Shown piece by piece: positions 1 to 13,575 of a stretch of 64,000 bases of DNA. Source of the stretch: Lama glama (Eukaryota); the NCBI GenBank assembly GCA_028534125.1, contig CM052817.1, positions 71,364,001 to 71,428,000 on the forward strand. Direction: 5' to 3'. Numbering within the stretch: the first letter of the stretch is position 1; every line of letters begins with the position of its first letter. The notes beneath the pieces are model-generated. The model was not told the origin of the DNA. It saw only the letters and a list, made by a program, of their open reading frames with translations, and ran no database searches. The position numbers and the translations under genes are program-made.

Positions 1-606
1 TGGGCTCCTCCTATTTGGAGACTCCAGGCCCAATGTAATGACCCAAGGAGAAATGCCGTGTCCTTTCTCCTGGGAGGTCCAGTGAGTTACTGATGAATCT
101 AATGGCTGCAGCATACATTCAGTGGAACTAGTTGGAGCAAGATTTCAGGTAAACCTGGCATTGGCCTGTTCATTGTAGTCCCTGCTTACATGGGACTAGT
201 GGGCGAGAGCCATAGCTTAGAACAGTGACCCGGAAGGCTGGGGTTTAGCAAAAGTAAAACTACTAGGGAATGTCCCCACATTCAAGTGAAGGGCCCCTGT
301 CAGCACTGAGAAGGCTGAAGAGCAGAGCAGGGGATGTCCCATTCCTGTCAAGAACTTCCTAGAGTCCTTGGCTTAAATGGCTGTATCTTTTCGGGGGAAT
401 TAGTACTTTTTTATCCCAAGGGTAATTCTAATATGAAAATCTGTATTTGAAAGTATGAACAGTGACAGTGTAAACCGTGGTTTTCATGATAATTGAACTG
501 ACCTCTTTCACCCATTGTTAGAGTAACAAAAACAGCCTTGCCATGGTCGGTCAGTTACAGCAGATACAAGTGTGAGGTGCCCTACTTTTTGCTGATTTAT
601 TACTGA

Positions 607-816
<210 letters not shown>

Positions 817-1722
817 TGATTTCCTTCATTTTCACTGATGTTTCTAAGGTGGCCACAGTCTGGGTTGGTGGTCTTTGATCAACAGTATGCATCAAAATTA
901 CCTCAGAGTTTTATTTTGTTTTGCTTTTTAAAACATGAATGACTGGGCTCTACCCTACCTGTTAAATCAAAACCTCCAAGGTTAGGAAATAAGCATGCAT
1001 TTATATATTTTACTGTTTGTTTATCCATATTTTATTATATTTCATTATATATCTCTGAAAGATAAGCACGTAAGAAACATAACTGTGATACATTATTATA
1101 TCTAAAAAACTAGCTGTAATTCCCTAGTACCATGAAATACCCAGCCAGTTTTCAGGTATAACCACAATACCATTATCACAACTTAAAAAGTTAACAGTAT
1201 TCCTAATAACAGCAAACACTAGTCAGTATTCGAATTATTAAAAAAATATTTAACAGTTGATATGTTTGGCTAAGTATCCAAACAAGCTCCATGTGTTGTA
1301 TCTCCTTGATACCTCTCTCTTTTATCCTACGGATTTACTCTCCTCTTTTTTTCCCCTTGCAACTTTTACAGAAGAAACTATATTTTTCCTGCAGTTTCTC
1401 ACACTCTGGATTTAACACACCTAAATGTCCCTGTCCTTCTGCAAACTTGTAGTTAGATCTAAAGCCTTGATCAGATTCAACTTTGAAATTCTGTCAATAA
1501 TACTTCATAGGTGTGTTTATTCTTCCATCAGGAGACACATAACATCTGGTGGTTTCTCTTTCTGTCATCCGTTATAAAGTTCCCAATGGTCCTTCTTTTT
1601 CATTCTCTGTTTTAAGACAGTTTTACTGAGGAAAAAATACGCATGATTTACTTTTCACCAGTCCTTTCTGGCATTCTTCTAACGATATTAGAATCACCTG
1701 GGCCAGTAATAGCCAGCGTGCA

Positions 1723-2220
1723 TGTTACCGACCGTCCTGCATCCATCCCAGCAAGGGTCCTCCTGCCCGGCGTCCCTCGGGCCAATAGTAGGAGACCAAG
1801 TTCTGCGCAGAGGCAAAGGGAAGATATTTTTTGATTTAGGAATAAAGAAGCGCCAGCATATGCTCTCTCCGAAAGGCGCCAACGGGGCTGCCTTACACGG
1901 ATCTCTTCAGCTCGGGAGGGGCGGAGTTCTCGCGAGACCAGGCGCAGCTGCGCCTCTCAGCTCCAGATCACAGCGCAGGCAGAGCGTCTCCGCAAACGCC
2001 TGGTGCCGCCATCTTGGTTGGAGGTGTGCACAGCTGCTCCGCGCCCGGTTCCGACGTGAGGTGTCTCTGCCACCTCTAATCCGATGTTTTAGGCGGAAGA
2101 CTTTTGCACACGGTCCCCGCCACAGGCAAGTGAACCGAGACTAAGCCCAAAGAAGAGGTTAGGCCTTATCACGTAAATTCTGTCTTTTCCCGAGGACCCC
2201 AGTGGGCAGGGCCAGTGACT
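1723..2220 (-). mobile_element. CpG-rich solo-LTR-like insertion (498 bp) inside the RPL30 retrocopy
   Basis: Interrupts the RPL30 codons R-V-C-T. Flanked by duplicated TGCA (1719-1722, 2221-2224). Minus-strand end ...CGGTAACA is typical of ERV LTR 3' ends; the other end reads AGTCAC rather than TG. Family not identified. Confidence 0.7.
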
Positions 2221-2456
2221 TGCATACTCTGTAGTATTTTCCACATGCTGTGCCAAATTCATTATTATTGCCACTGTAAGGATGGGCGGCATGGTGTAGT
2301 ACTCTGTTTCAGATTCCCTCAAGGCTGGGCATTTTTTGGCAAGGATGGACAGTTTCCCTTTGCCTTGTCTGAGCATTTTCTTGTATCCACAGTACTTACT
2401 TTCCACTTTTTATAAGGAGTCGGAACTTGGAGTTGATGATTTCAGGGACTTTTTTT

Positions 2457-2601
2457 GTTTTATGAGGGGGAGGTAATTAGGTTTATTTTTTATTTATATT
2501 TGGAGGAGGTGTTGGGGATTGAACCCAGGCCCTCGTGCATGCTAAGCATGCCCTCTACCACTTGAGCTATACCCTCCACCCCTTGAGCTATACCCTCCCC
2601 C
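2457..2601 (-). mobile_element. tRNA-derived SINE, camelid Vic-1-like, inside the RPL30 retrocopy
   Basis: Minus strand GGGTATAGCTCAAGTGGTAGAG (A box) ... GGGTTCAATCCCC (B box) ... AAACCTAATTACCTCCCCC tail; about 16-bp TSD tt(t/c)caggg(a/g)ctttttt near 2440-2455 and 2602-2617. Confidence 0.85.
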
Positions 2602-3749
2602 TTCCAGGGGCTTTTTTGGTATTTTTTTCTGCCGCAATTTTTCTGTGTTAGATGTGGGACCCGCCTCAACCAAGAGCAGGTGCCAAGACAGCTGGGAGCG
2701 AGAAACAGCCCAATGGTCTTTCAGGGAATGGTTGTAGCAGCCATAACACTCGTTTCCTAGATCCATTATTTAATCAAGGGTTTCGAATGGTGATACATAG
2801 TTCTAATATTTCTTTTAAATTATTAATTGTAATACCTTTATGAAGAGATCTTTTCTCATTAACTGATTACCCCAACATACAATTTTTACAGTTAAGGCAG
2901 GCTTAATGTTGAATTTTTTTTTCTTTGTTTACTTATATTTAGAAAAATGGGTTTGTTCCTTAACACCTTCTTAGGGTGGCCAGTTTTTTTTTTTTTTTAA
3001 GTATTATTATGAACGCCTAGATTTTTAAAAACATTTTTAATATGTTTCAATCCACTGCAGTTGTTATTCTTACTGATGAGCAAATTGTCTCCTCTTTGGC
3101 TAGTGGAGCCTCTTCAAATGGGTTCCTGACGCCAGTAGTCTTTGATAGTTTCCTCTTACCTGGTAGGACATATATTCCAGGCTCCTCTTGCACATTCTGT
3201 AATCTAGACCTAGAACCAACAATCTCTCAAGGCCACTGCTTCCTTTTGTTGAGAAATTGTATTTAGATAACGTAATTTGCTACAAAGTTAGTCTTTGTTT
3301 CTGGGCCTTTTGGGGCATCAGAACTAGGAATACACTTTTAAAAAAGAGAAATACATTATGTGTTCATATGGACATTCTCAATTCAAATTTAGGATTACAT
3401 ATTCAGATACTTTCTTATGGATTTCTTATTGATTGTACCAACATAGCTAAGTAGAAATAAATGTTTAAAATCTTGTATATTGTCTATCACTGATTCAGAG
3501 ATGATGGAGAATGGGTTTGTCTGGATGTCATTTGTGCTTGGGAAACAAGGCACAGAAAAATGTGATGGCTGGTAATGAATTTCCTGGAAATTGACCGCTA
3601 CCTTTGTGACTGTCTATGGAACTTTCCCTTCATCTAATACAGTGTGGTTTACCAATGGGCAGGTACACTCAAGTGCTTGATGTTAATGCGTTACAGAGTC
3701 TACCATGTGCCAGGCAGGACACACATAATTTCACTTGACTGTCAAAACT

Positions 3750-4200
3750 TCAAGAACTTCTGTGGTATATATTTTATTTGGAATTTATTTTGATGTATGG
3801 TGTAGGGTAGGGATTTAAATTTTACCTCAAATCATTACTCAAGTTATTTCTCTACCATTTACTGGATGATCTTTCACATTCACAGTTATTTAAAATGCCT
3901 TTATCATATGCTGTATTCTTACATGTGCTTGAGTCTTTTCTAAACAAGGTTTCTGTATAGTTCTATTATCCTCTTGGCCTATTCCTGCACTCATTACCCA
4001 CTGTTGTAGTTCTTTGACCTTCATGATACATTTTGATATTTGTTTAGAGCCGCTCATTCTCTTTCTACACCTAACCACAGTCATACAATGTTTTTAGTTT
4101 TCTTACACAATTTGTTTTCCAGATGAACTTGAGAATCATTTTCCAAAGTTCCATTTAAAATATTTTGGAATTTTGATGATAATAACTTTAAAAGTATTGT
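3750..4200 (-). mobile_element. Degenerate L1M ORF2 3' fragment; boundaries approximate
   Basis: ggaatttattttgatgtatggtgtagggtaggg ... ttccagatgaacttgagaatca resembles antisense old L1. Confidence 0.5.
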
Positions 4201-4439
4201 TTGACAGAAAAGAAGCTTTGAGAAAACTAGAGTCATTTTCCAGAATTATAAGTCTTTAATTTTTTTAGATTTGAAATTTTTTTCTTTATTTTTTTATCTC
4301 CACTGCCACAGCAATTCATAAATGTTTGATCTTTATTTAACTTACTTGCTTCAGGATATTATTTTTGAAATTAGCAGTTGATTTTACTAAATTTCCACAA
4401 ATCTGATTTAACACTAATCTTGACCTTATTTTTCATTAA

Positions 4440-4586
<147 letters not shown>

Positions 4587-5473
4587 TAGTTTGAAAACAC
4601 TTATTTTCTAAGTGACACCTAAAAATTGCATCTACTGATAAAGGAGAATAGATTTTCCAACATTACACGTTGAAAGATATTTGCCTAAAATATTAACATA
4701 TTGATTTAAATAGGATTTTGGGGGTTTTTTTGTTTGTTTGTTTTTAAGTAGTATAGTGGTAATGAGCAAGAACTTCGAAGCTGGACAGCCCTGAGGTAGC
4801 ATCACCAGTTACTGGCAGTGTTGTTTTGGACTAGTTACTTGCCCTCTTTTGGTCTATTTCCTTGTCAGTAGAGGTTAGTGATACCTGCCTCCTGACTTGG
4901 GGCCAGTGTTAAACAGGATAGTGGATTTGGGGTGCTTAGCCTGTTCCTTGCACTTATAAATACCTCTCTACTTTTATCTTCATAGACACTTAAGCATATA
5001 GAGGGAAGGTTGTAACTCAGAATTAGTGGAAGAGTTATATGTGACTTTTTGTTTCTTTTTCATAAAAAAAGCAAAAGAAGTCAAGAGACCAAATATCTGA
5101 GAGAAAAAAAATACGCTAATCACTAGGAAAAGTTAGACTAGCTGCCAGACTCATCAAATGCATTTCTTATTCCAGCCAGGTGCCAGTATACTTGTTCACA
5201 AACTCAATGATAGAGCAGGAAGACAAGGGCCGTTGGGATATGAAGGGTTAACATTCAAGATGTCAGTTTAAACGAAGAGGAAAAAAAATGTCAGGTTATA
5301 GGGAGGTTAGAGTATAGTGACATTTTCCTCCTAATCTCTGACAAATAAACTTGATTGCAGCAGTATGAATGATTGTGGAAATGGTTTTAGAAATCAACAT
5401 ATATTAGGTTCACTTCAGTCTTTTGATGAAAAATTGATACAGTTTTGCATGACATACCATCATTATCAAGTAA

Positions 5474-5614
<141 letters not shown>

Positions 5615-6676
5615 TAGTGCTGTGAACGTTTGAAAGTGCATCTCTGCAAAAAGATTATGTGAAAATGTTTTATTTAGAAAGAGTATTAAATTACTTTTGG
5701 CTTCTGCATATAAAGTCTGATCTTTTACTTTTGGAAATGGAAAACAAAATACATAGTAAATAGAAATAATAAATTATTATCGTATAAATAATAATTGAGG
5801 AATATTTTGAAGTTACTTAGCATTGAGCAAAAATTTGGTACAACATCAAATATGACATTCCTGTGTATATGAAAGTCATAACCGGAATAGTCTTAAAACG
5901 TTGTAATTGAGGCATTTGTTGATTGATTTGATTTTCATCTCCAGTGAATATAATAATAATCATAATACTTTGACAAGTTTGGTCCTTTTCATGACAAAAT
6001 TCAATATGAATTGTGTGCCTCAACTATTTTTTTCATCTTGTGATACTACATCTCTTGTGTCCTTCAGTAGCCTTGGAAATCTGAGATCTATACCAAGTTA
6101 ATTTAATCTCCTGGATTTCATTACACCTGTAATCTGGGATAACATAATGATGAGCCTGTAGAACTTGCCTTGGTCAGACCCCAGTACTCTTAACTTGTCA
6201 GGGCCTTAGTGAATGTAGCATAATTTGAGCTCTGAAAATTATCAGGGGTCTTGTTATTAACTCACATAATCATACTTCCATTTCAGAAGTGCCCAGGCCA
6301 GAGAAAGGTATTTATTTGGACATAAATTAATACAATCTGCTAATATTAATGTCTCAATATCTCTGAATCAAAGAGATTACAGCACTAAGACTTGCATCAT
6401 TTAGCTAAGATGTTTGTTATTTAATACTGGTTCTTTCTGTAAGTAGTTTGCATTTTAAAAGCGGGCACCTAGACAAGGTGGAATCCAGTGATGAAATTCT
6501 GGCCATATTTTACCTCATAGAAAAGAAGGTCTTCTTGCTTATCTTAACCTACACCACGCTGGTGGGAAATTAAGAAAACAAGTCCACTAGAAATTAAGGA
6601 AGAGGGTGCAATGAATGAGAAGAGTCAGAAGTGCTTTTCGGATTCCAAGGCATATGTTAAATGCAGCCATATTTGA

Positions 6677-6829
<153 letters not shown>

Positions 6830-7282
6830 TGATTTTGCCGCTTGGATAGATGTGGTTGTGCTTTAAGGACAGAATAGAGGATTTTATCCTGACAGATGAC
6901 CCGGGCTACTTGAGAAGCCTCTGCTAAGCTCAGAATGATTAGGAAGAGAAAAAATTTAATATAGATAATGAAACATCATTTCAGAAAACTTTGAGGATGT
7001 TTCTCTTACCATAACCCAGCCTTGGTCCTTGATGTGATTCAGCCATTTTATAGGGGATGACTGAGCAGGATCTGAAGTTTAGTTTCCTCTTTAGAGGTGA
7101 CAGTGGAAAGCTAGCACAGTGCCATACACGTAGGAGGAGCTCCATAAATCAGTTTTTATCTATTTGCTATTAGTGGGGCAAGTGGGAGGTTGGGGTGCAG
7201 CATAGGAAGTAATTTGCATTTAGTACATGTCATCAAGGGAGGGAATTCAGTGACCTCCTAAACCATGAAAATCAAGAAATGT

Positions 7283-7782
7283 NNNNNNNNNNNNNNNNNN
7301 NNNNNNNNNNNNNNNNNNNNNNNNNNNNNNNNNNNNNNNNNNNNNNNNNNNNNNNNNNNNNNNNNNNNNNNNNNNNNNNNNNNNNNNNNNNNNNNNNNNN
7401 NNNNNNNNNNNNNNNNNNNNNNNNNNNNNNNNNNNNNNNNNNNNNNNNNNNNNNNNNNNNNNNNNNNNNNNNNNNNNNNNNNNNNNNNNNNNNNNNNNNN
7501 NNNNNNNNNNNNNNNNNNNNNNNNNNNNNNNNNNNNNNNNNNNNNNNNNNNNNNNNNNNNNNNNNNNNNNNNNNNNNNNNNNNNNNNNNNNNNNNNNNNN
7601 NNNNNNNNNNNNNNNNNNNNNNNNNNNNNNNNNNNNNNNNNNNNNNNNNNNNNNNNNNNNNNNNNNNNNNNNNNNNNNNNNNNNNNNNNNNNNNNNNNNN
7701 NNNNNNNNNNNNNNNNNNNNNNNNNNNNNNNNNNNNNNNNNNNNNNNNNNNNNNNNNNNNNNNNNNNNNNNNNNNNNNNNNN
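7283..7782. other. Assembly gap (500 N)
   Basis: Run of N; flanks are duplicated (see findings). Confidence 0.99.
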
Positions 7783-8664
7783 TTCCTCTTTAGAGGTGAC
7801 AGTGGAAAGCTAGCACAGTGCCATACACGTAGGAGGAGCTCCATAAATCAGTTTTTATCTATTTGCTATTAGTGGGGCAAGTGGGAGGTTGGGGTGCAGC
7901 ATAGGAAGTAATTTGCATTTAGTACATGTCATCAAGGGAGGGAATTCAGTGACCTCCTAAACCATGAAAATCAAGAAATGTCCCTAAGTTATGTGGCTCA
8001 TGGATGAATGGCAGTCTAACACAACGTTATTTACGTAGTAATTTTACATGAAGTTTTTTTTTGAACATTAGAATTTCTGTTATCAACCCAGTCAGCTGGC
8101 CGTTTGGTCTTTAATTTCTTAGTTATATTTGCACTAGGTTAGAATGTGCTTGAAATGATATATACTGTGTCTTCTGGAGATTAATCGCCCAATAATTATA
8201 AATTTACATTTATTAATCTCTCCATAATTATTTAGTTATTACTAAATACTACATTAATTCCTAGAATTTCAAACTTTGTGCTTTCGTTTCTTCTTGTCTT
8301 TGACGCATTCTGGTAAATACCTGGTAAATGGCCAAAATAGACAGAGTGAAGCAAATTGATTCTGTGTTTAATTGGTATGGATTGATAGCCAAATATAATT
8401 ATTTTTACAAATAGAAGTTTTATAATTAAACACTACTAGCAAACAATTCTTTCTTAAAGAACTGAATCTATGTGACTCTATAGAATAATTATATTAACAG
8501 AAAAAATTAATAGAAACAATTCAAGATTCATTTATTACCACATTAGCTTTTTTGCACAGTCAGTATTTTTTTTACAGCTAGGTGAATAAGGAGACCTAGA
8601 AGGAACTTCTAGTCTTGTGACTTATTCATGGTTTTGCATTTCTCTGCTCAGTGTTCTCATTTTC

Positions 8665-8830
8665 TTGCTGCTTAAACTGTAGTCCTGGGACCAACAGCAC
8701 TAACATCATCAGCTGGAGCTTGTTAGAACTGCAGATGCTCAGGCTCCACCTCAACCACTGATTCAGAATCTGCATTTTAACAAGATTACCAGGTGTTTTG
8801 TATGCACATTTGAGTTTGAAAAACAGAGCA
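8665..8830. mobile_element. MER5A-like hAT-Charlie MITE
   Basis: ggagcttgttagaactgcagatgctcaggctccacc...tcagaatctgcattttaacaagat...tatgcacatttgagtttga. Confidence 0.8.
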
Positions 8831-9469
8831 CTAGAGGAGTGTTTTTTAATGTGAGAAGTGTCCATTTTTATATTATGAAATAGAACTTTTTCTATTTTAT
8901 CCAGAAAAATAACTCATTATTTAATGAATTACTGTTTTGTAAATACTCTCATTATTGATGATAGGTTTATATACATATATGTACTCACACTTAATATTCC
9001 ACAAATGCTATCATTAAGTTGTCAGCTGACCCATAGTACTTTTTAGTCTTGTCCCTGTTTGATAGTCTGCATACTAGGCTGAAAAAGAACTTTGATCCTG
9101 CAAGTTATGTCCTATTGGATAAGATGGATTAATTAAAATAAAATTATGTATGGTTAGAGATGAAAGGAACTTTAGCAAATACCTAAGCTAACTTCATTTT
9201 TATGGCTGAGAAAATTGAGATTAAATGACTTAACCAAGGCCATCAAACAAATAAGTGCCAAAACTAGGAGAGCAAGCTGTGTCTCCTGACTTGTCGTGGA
9301 GCCCTGTGGATTGAGCAGAAGATAAAGCCCAGGTTGCAGCCCTCATTAAACTGTTCATCTTTGCTCCCTTTCAGGCTCTAGAAGCCATCAGCGTTCAAGT
9401 ACAATGGCTTTGTTTTTGACCAATGATCAAAGATGGACAAATTACCTGTAGCAACAGAAACATGTGCCA

Positions 9470-9670
9470 GGCACAGGGCTAAGGAGTTAAACATTTAGAC
9501 AGCTAATATGCTTGGTAGTATTATCCCCATTTTACCAGTGAGGAAACTGAGCCTCTGAAACAGTGAGTAACTTGTTTGAGTTTACACATACCTGGGAAGC
9601 AGCAGAGGTGGAGTTCAGTTCTCCACCTCTGTGTCTATCTCCAAAGCCAAGATCTTAATGATTACACTGT
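9470..9670 (-). mobile_element. MIR SINE; boundaries approximate
   Basis: tattatccccattttaccagtgaggaaactgag core. Confidence 0.7.
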
Positions 9671-9760
9671 ATGATATAAAGATTTACTAACCCTGTTTTA
9701 TATATTTTATATTAATTTTTAAAACAAATCAGACAGAAATGCCTATGTTCTCTTTTGTAG

Positions 9761-10030
<270 letters not shown>

Positions 10031-10489
10031 TAAAGGAAAGATGCCCCCAGTGCTGTCCACAGTCCCTCCACCCTCTCCCCACCACCAAGCAGGGCAGCCC
10101 TCCTTTCATCAAGATTGTATCTTTCAAGGTCTGTATCCATGGGCAGATTTTGAGGAGCAGGAGAGTAGCGTGTGTTTTTGCACTTCAGGCTGTTGTAATC
10201 AGAGAAACTGTATGGATACAATCAAGAAGCATCCTCTGAGCATCTGCTGTGGATCAGGCTCTGTGCGAGGTAGCGTGGGAGATACAAGGAGCATGAGGAC
10301 TGCTCCATGTTTCCAGTCAACTCAGTTTAGCTGGAGAAATAAGGCAACAACATACCTAGGAGAAACTACTACAACTGCTTGATCTAAATCTCAGTACAAG
10401 GAGTGTCATAAGGCCATACATAAATAACTGCCATATGAAGGGTAGACACTCTCATAGGGAGCTCTGGGAGGGGCTTCCGTGATCAGCCT

Positions 10490-10610
10490 GCCCAACCTCC
10501 TCATTTTACATATGAGGAAACTAAGGCTCAGAAAGGCTAAGTGATTTATTTGAGGTTGCACAACATCCAAGTGACAAGTCTTGACTAGAACCTGCATATT
10601 GGCTCTTGGT
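10490..10610 (-). mobile_element. MIR SINE fragment
   Basis: ctcattttacatatgaggaaactaaggctcagaaaggctaagtgatt core. Confidence 0.7.
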
Positions 10611-13494
10611 TAAGTGAGCATGAAGGAGGGAGTGAGAGCTTCACATTGGAATTGTGAGGAAAGTCCTCATGAGGTAGGGAAGATGGTCTGCTTTCCCTTT
10701 GATGGAAAATAACAGAACCAGAGAGAAGTTGTACTGTGTCCGTCCTCTGGGCACACTGCTCTTGGGACTGCAAGAAGCACTGCTGTACCTGGGAGGGGGG
10801 GTGGTGTGTGGCCTGTGAACCCTAGGAATGCTGCAGGTGGGAGGAGGAGTGGGCAGGGAAGTGGCTGCATCCCTTCTGTGTGCTAGTGAGAGGAGAGCCC
10901 ACTTCTTTGCTTCTGAGTAAGGAGGAGCTAACCACAGAGTACCTTACAGGAGAGGATTAGAGGTTCCATGCTCTGGGTTACTTTCACAGAGTAACTTAAA
11001 GCCATGGAGTAACATGGTGGCCAACCTGAACATCTGGCACCTGTGCAACTATGTTAAAGTAAAAGAAGGGGAAGTAGCTGGGGTTTTGCCTCTGAAATCA
11101 AATGTTGTCAACATAGAGGAAGAAGTCCTAGGGATTGGCTTTATATGCTTAGGGATGGGCCTTCTATGTACCAGAAAATCTCTTTTGATCTGGATAACCC
11201 ATGGGAAACAAATGGGCTTTTAAAAATGAGCCAGATGTATGCTGTGATACACAGTTACCAATATTATGGCATATCTGTATCCAGAGTGAGTACATTTTCA
11301 TTCATTCATTCATTCCTTTGGGTATTTATTCACTTACTGAATAATTGAGATGTACCAGATACTGCACTAAGAGCTTTATATCCATACTGACTCCCCAGAA
11401 GATAAGTTTTCATATCCCCAACTAAAAGATTAAAAAATTGAGAATCAAAGAGGTGAAATAACTTCCCCAAGGTAAAGCAGCCAGCAAGTACTGGATCTGG
11501 ATTTCAAATGGAAGGATGACCATTTCTAAAGCTTATGTTTTTAATAATCATAGAGGTATTGCCTCCAACAACTGGAGTTGATAAATATGCTTAACCCAGA
11601 GTCATATAACAAATGAAAATATAACTTCATATAACTTTAGTTCTAATAGTGATAAAAATCATAATAACAGCCTTCTCTGTGTTGAACCTACTTAAAAAGA
11701 CATTTAAAATGTTAGCTGTGCCATAATAACAGAGTTTGTACACGACTGTTTTCAGAAACGTTGTTTGGGACAGCAGATGTCAGCCGCTTTCAGCCCCTCT
11801 AAGGATGCTGGTCTCCTCATATTTCCCACATTCGCATGGCACCTCTAATTTTAAGTGTTTAATTAATAGCACCATAGTACCTACTGCTGAAGCAATGCCT
11901 TCGGGAGATAGACCGGCATCATCGGATCCTGTGGGATCAGACCTCAGATTCTCTAGTTCATTGACTTGAGTAATAACAAGCCCTTCTCAGGTTCTCTTCC
12001 CTCCAAAGGCAGCTGCTAAGAGAAAACCTTTAATTTGTCTGGAAATGAGAGGTTTATAGTTGGAAAACCTTGATATTAGCTAGCAATTGGATTTAAATAA
12101 CTGGAATTCCAAGCTTGTGATATTAGATTATATGGTAACTTTTAACCAAGTAAAAGAACCAGAATGGATGCTTACAGTTTATATTGGCTTAGGAAAAGAC
12201 ATTCAAATGAACATCTAACTGTAGGAAGGAAGCAAATTGACAAATCCACTGGCAATGCTTTTGTTTAGCATTAAGAAATCATGATTCCTAAAGTCAAATG
12301 CCTAGTGAAGAGAATCAAGAGGGAAACAATGTAAGATAGCTGTGTGCTTATCCTTTTGAGGTAACAAAAATTACCGTGAGGTGAAAATCACTCTTGTATG
12401 GTTGTTGGATGGACAACTCTTGCCCTGGTACAGGATGGATTTTAGAGAATCCCAGTGGCATTGAGACCAATTAGATAATGAATAGAAAGAGCAAGACGCT
12501 CCACTAGATTAAGGACTCTGCTTCAACTCATGTGAACCCGCATGTCCGTCCTTGTCTTTGCTTTCTCATGACCAACACTGGAGTTTGAGATGTGCTTTTC
12601 AGCTGAATCAAATAGAAGTGTGTTATTGGGTGCCCCGTGGGGAGCTTTGAGAGGAAATTCCATTAGTCTTGCCTGAGAGAGCTCGAGTCAGGAGCTTGTG
12701 TCGGTCTCAGTTCTCATCACCTCACTCCTCAAAACAGTAAGAATTTGAAGATGATGTAACAATGAGATCAGAACTGACAGTTTTATCTCCCCTGGTCACC
12801 AGCAAGTGGTCTCAGAATTCCTTCCGTCCACCAAGGGAGCAGTCACAGTGACAGTTGTGACTTAGTGAATTTGACTCATAGAGTTCAAAAGTACCTTCCA
12901 CCCAGCAGTACCCTTCTGGTGACCACTCAAATTATCTTTTAAAAAGTGGCACTGGAGTATAAATGGTTTCAAATTATCCACTGCCCTGAGTTGGTAGTTT
13001 GCGAAGCATACTTGACCCAGCCCAGGTTCTGAGCCAGTTTTACCTTTTACCTCCCTCCTGCATATGGCCCATGAGGAAGAGGAGATCAAGCCGCTTCCAC
13101 ACCACTGGCTAGAAGGGGCATTTGAAGAGACCCCCTGGAGATCTCCTTAGCGTTTTGTAGGACAGGGGAGAGGGAATTGTCCCGCCCTGTGTTTTGGGGC
13201 AGGCCTGTTGCTTGTACACATTGCTTACAAGAACAAGGGATAGGCCTTTCCAGATATTTGTTGAATAAATTAAAGATAGTTGTACTTTCTAGTTTGCAAT
13301 CGGGGAACAGGGGAGCAGGCTGCATGTGGTGGAGAAGAGAGGTTCTTTTAATCCCCTCTGCTTATGGCCCTGCCTGCTTCAGAAAGCTTCTGGGGCTGGA
13401 AGCCCAGGAGAGCTCACAGTGCACTCCAGCAAGCCACCTGCCAGCTTGCTCGGAATCTGCCAGTTGCAATCTTTGTCTTCTCTGTTTTGTAATT

Positions 13495-13575
13495 CCCTCT
13501 CCCTCTCTTCCCTCCCATCTTGCCTTCCTCCCTCCCTCCCTCCCCTCCCCTTCCTGTCCCTCCCTCCTGCTCTCC
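13495..13575. repeat. Polypyrimidine (CCCT/CCT-rich) low-complexity tract, followed by an L2 3' end (about 13590-13680)
   Basis: ccctctccctctcttccctccc...cctccctccctcccctcccc; then cctggcacacaataggtacttagtaaatgttt. Confidence 0.75.

Larger units (their letters stand above)
1596..2708 (-). pseudogene. RPL30: Processed pseudogene of ribosomal protein L30, split into three pieces (about 2602-2708, 2221-2456, 1596-1722)
   Basis: Minus strand gives an RPL30-like 5'UTR, start mutated to ATT (2636-2638), then [71 protein letters not shown]-stop (1648-1650). Intronless with frameshifts. 14-bp TSD cccaatggtc(c/t)ttc at 1582-1595 and 2709-2722. Confidence 0.93.
1060..3420 (-). mobile_element. Old L1 3' fragment (L1MC-like) hosting the RPL30 retrocopy; boundaries approximate
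   Basis: Both flanks of the retrocopy resemble degenerate L1MC 3'UTR (gttagatctaaagccttgatcagattca; atcaggagacacataacatctgg; cctagatccatt); recognised from memory. Confidence 0.55.

Noticed and set aside
1722..2144. 140-aa + strand ORF across the GC-rich insert
   Set aside because: Non-ATG start, no recognisable domain; long ORFs are expected in GC-rich DNA.
2089..2406. 105-aa - strand ORF with RPL30-like peptide
   Set aside because: Frameshifted pseudogene fragment running into the insert; not an intact gene.
2457..2601. tRNA-Ala-like sequence as a tRNA gene
   Set aside because: It has a SINE tail and TSD, and lies inside a pseudogene.
7265..7872. Long ORFs of 182-197 aa
   Set aside because: Artefacts of translating N.
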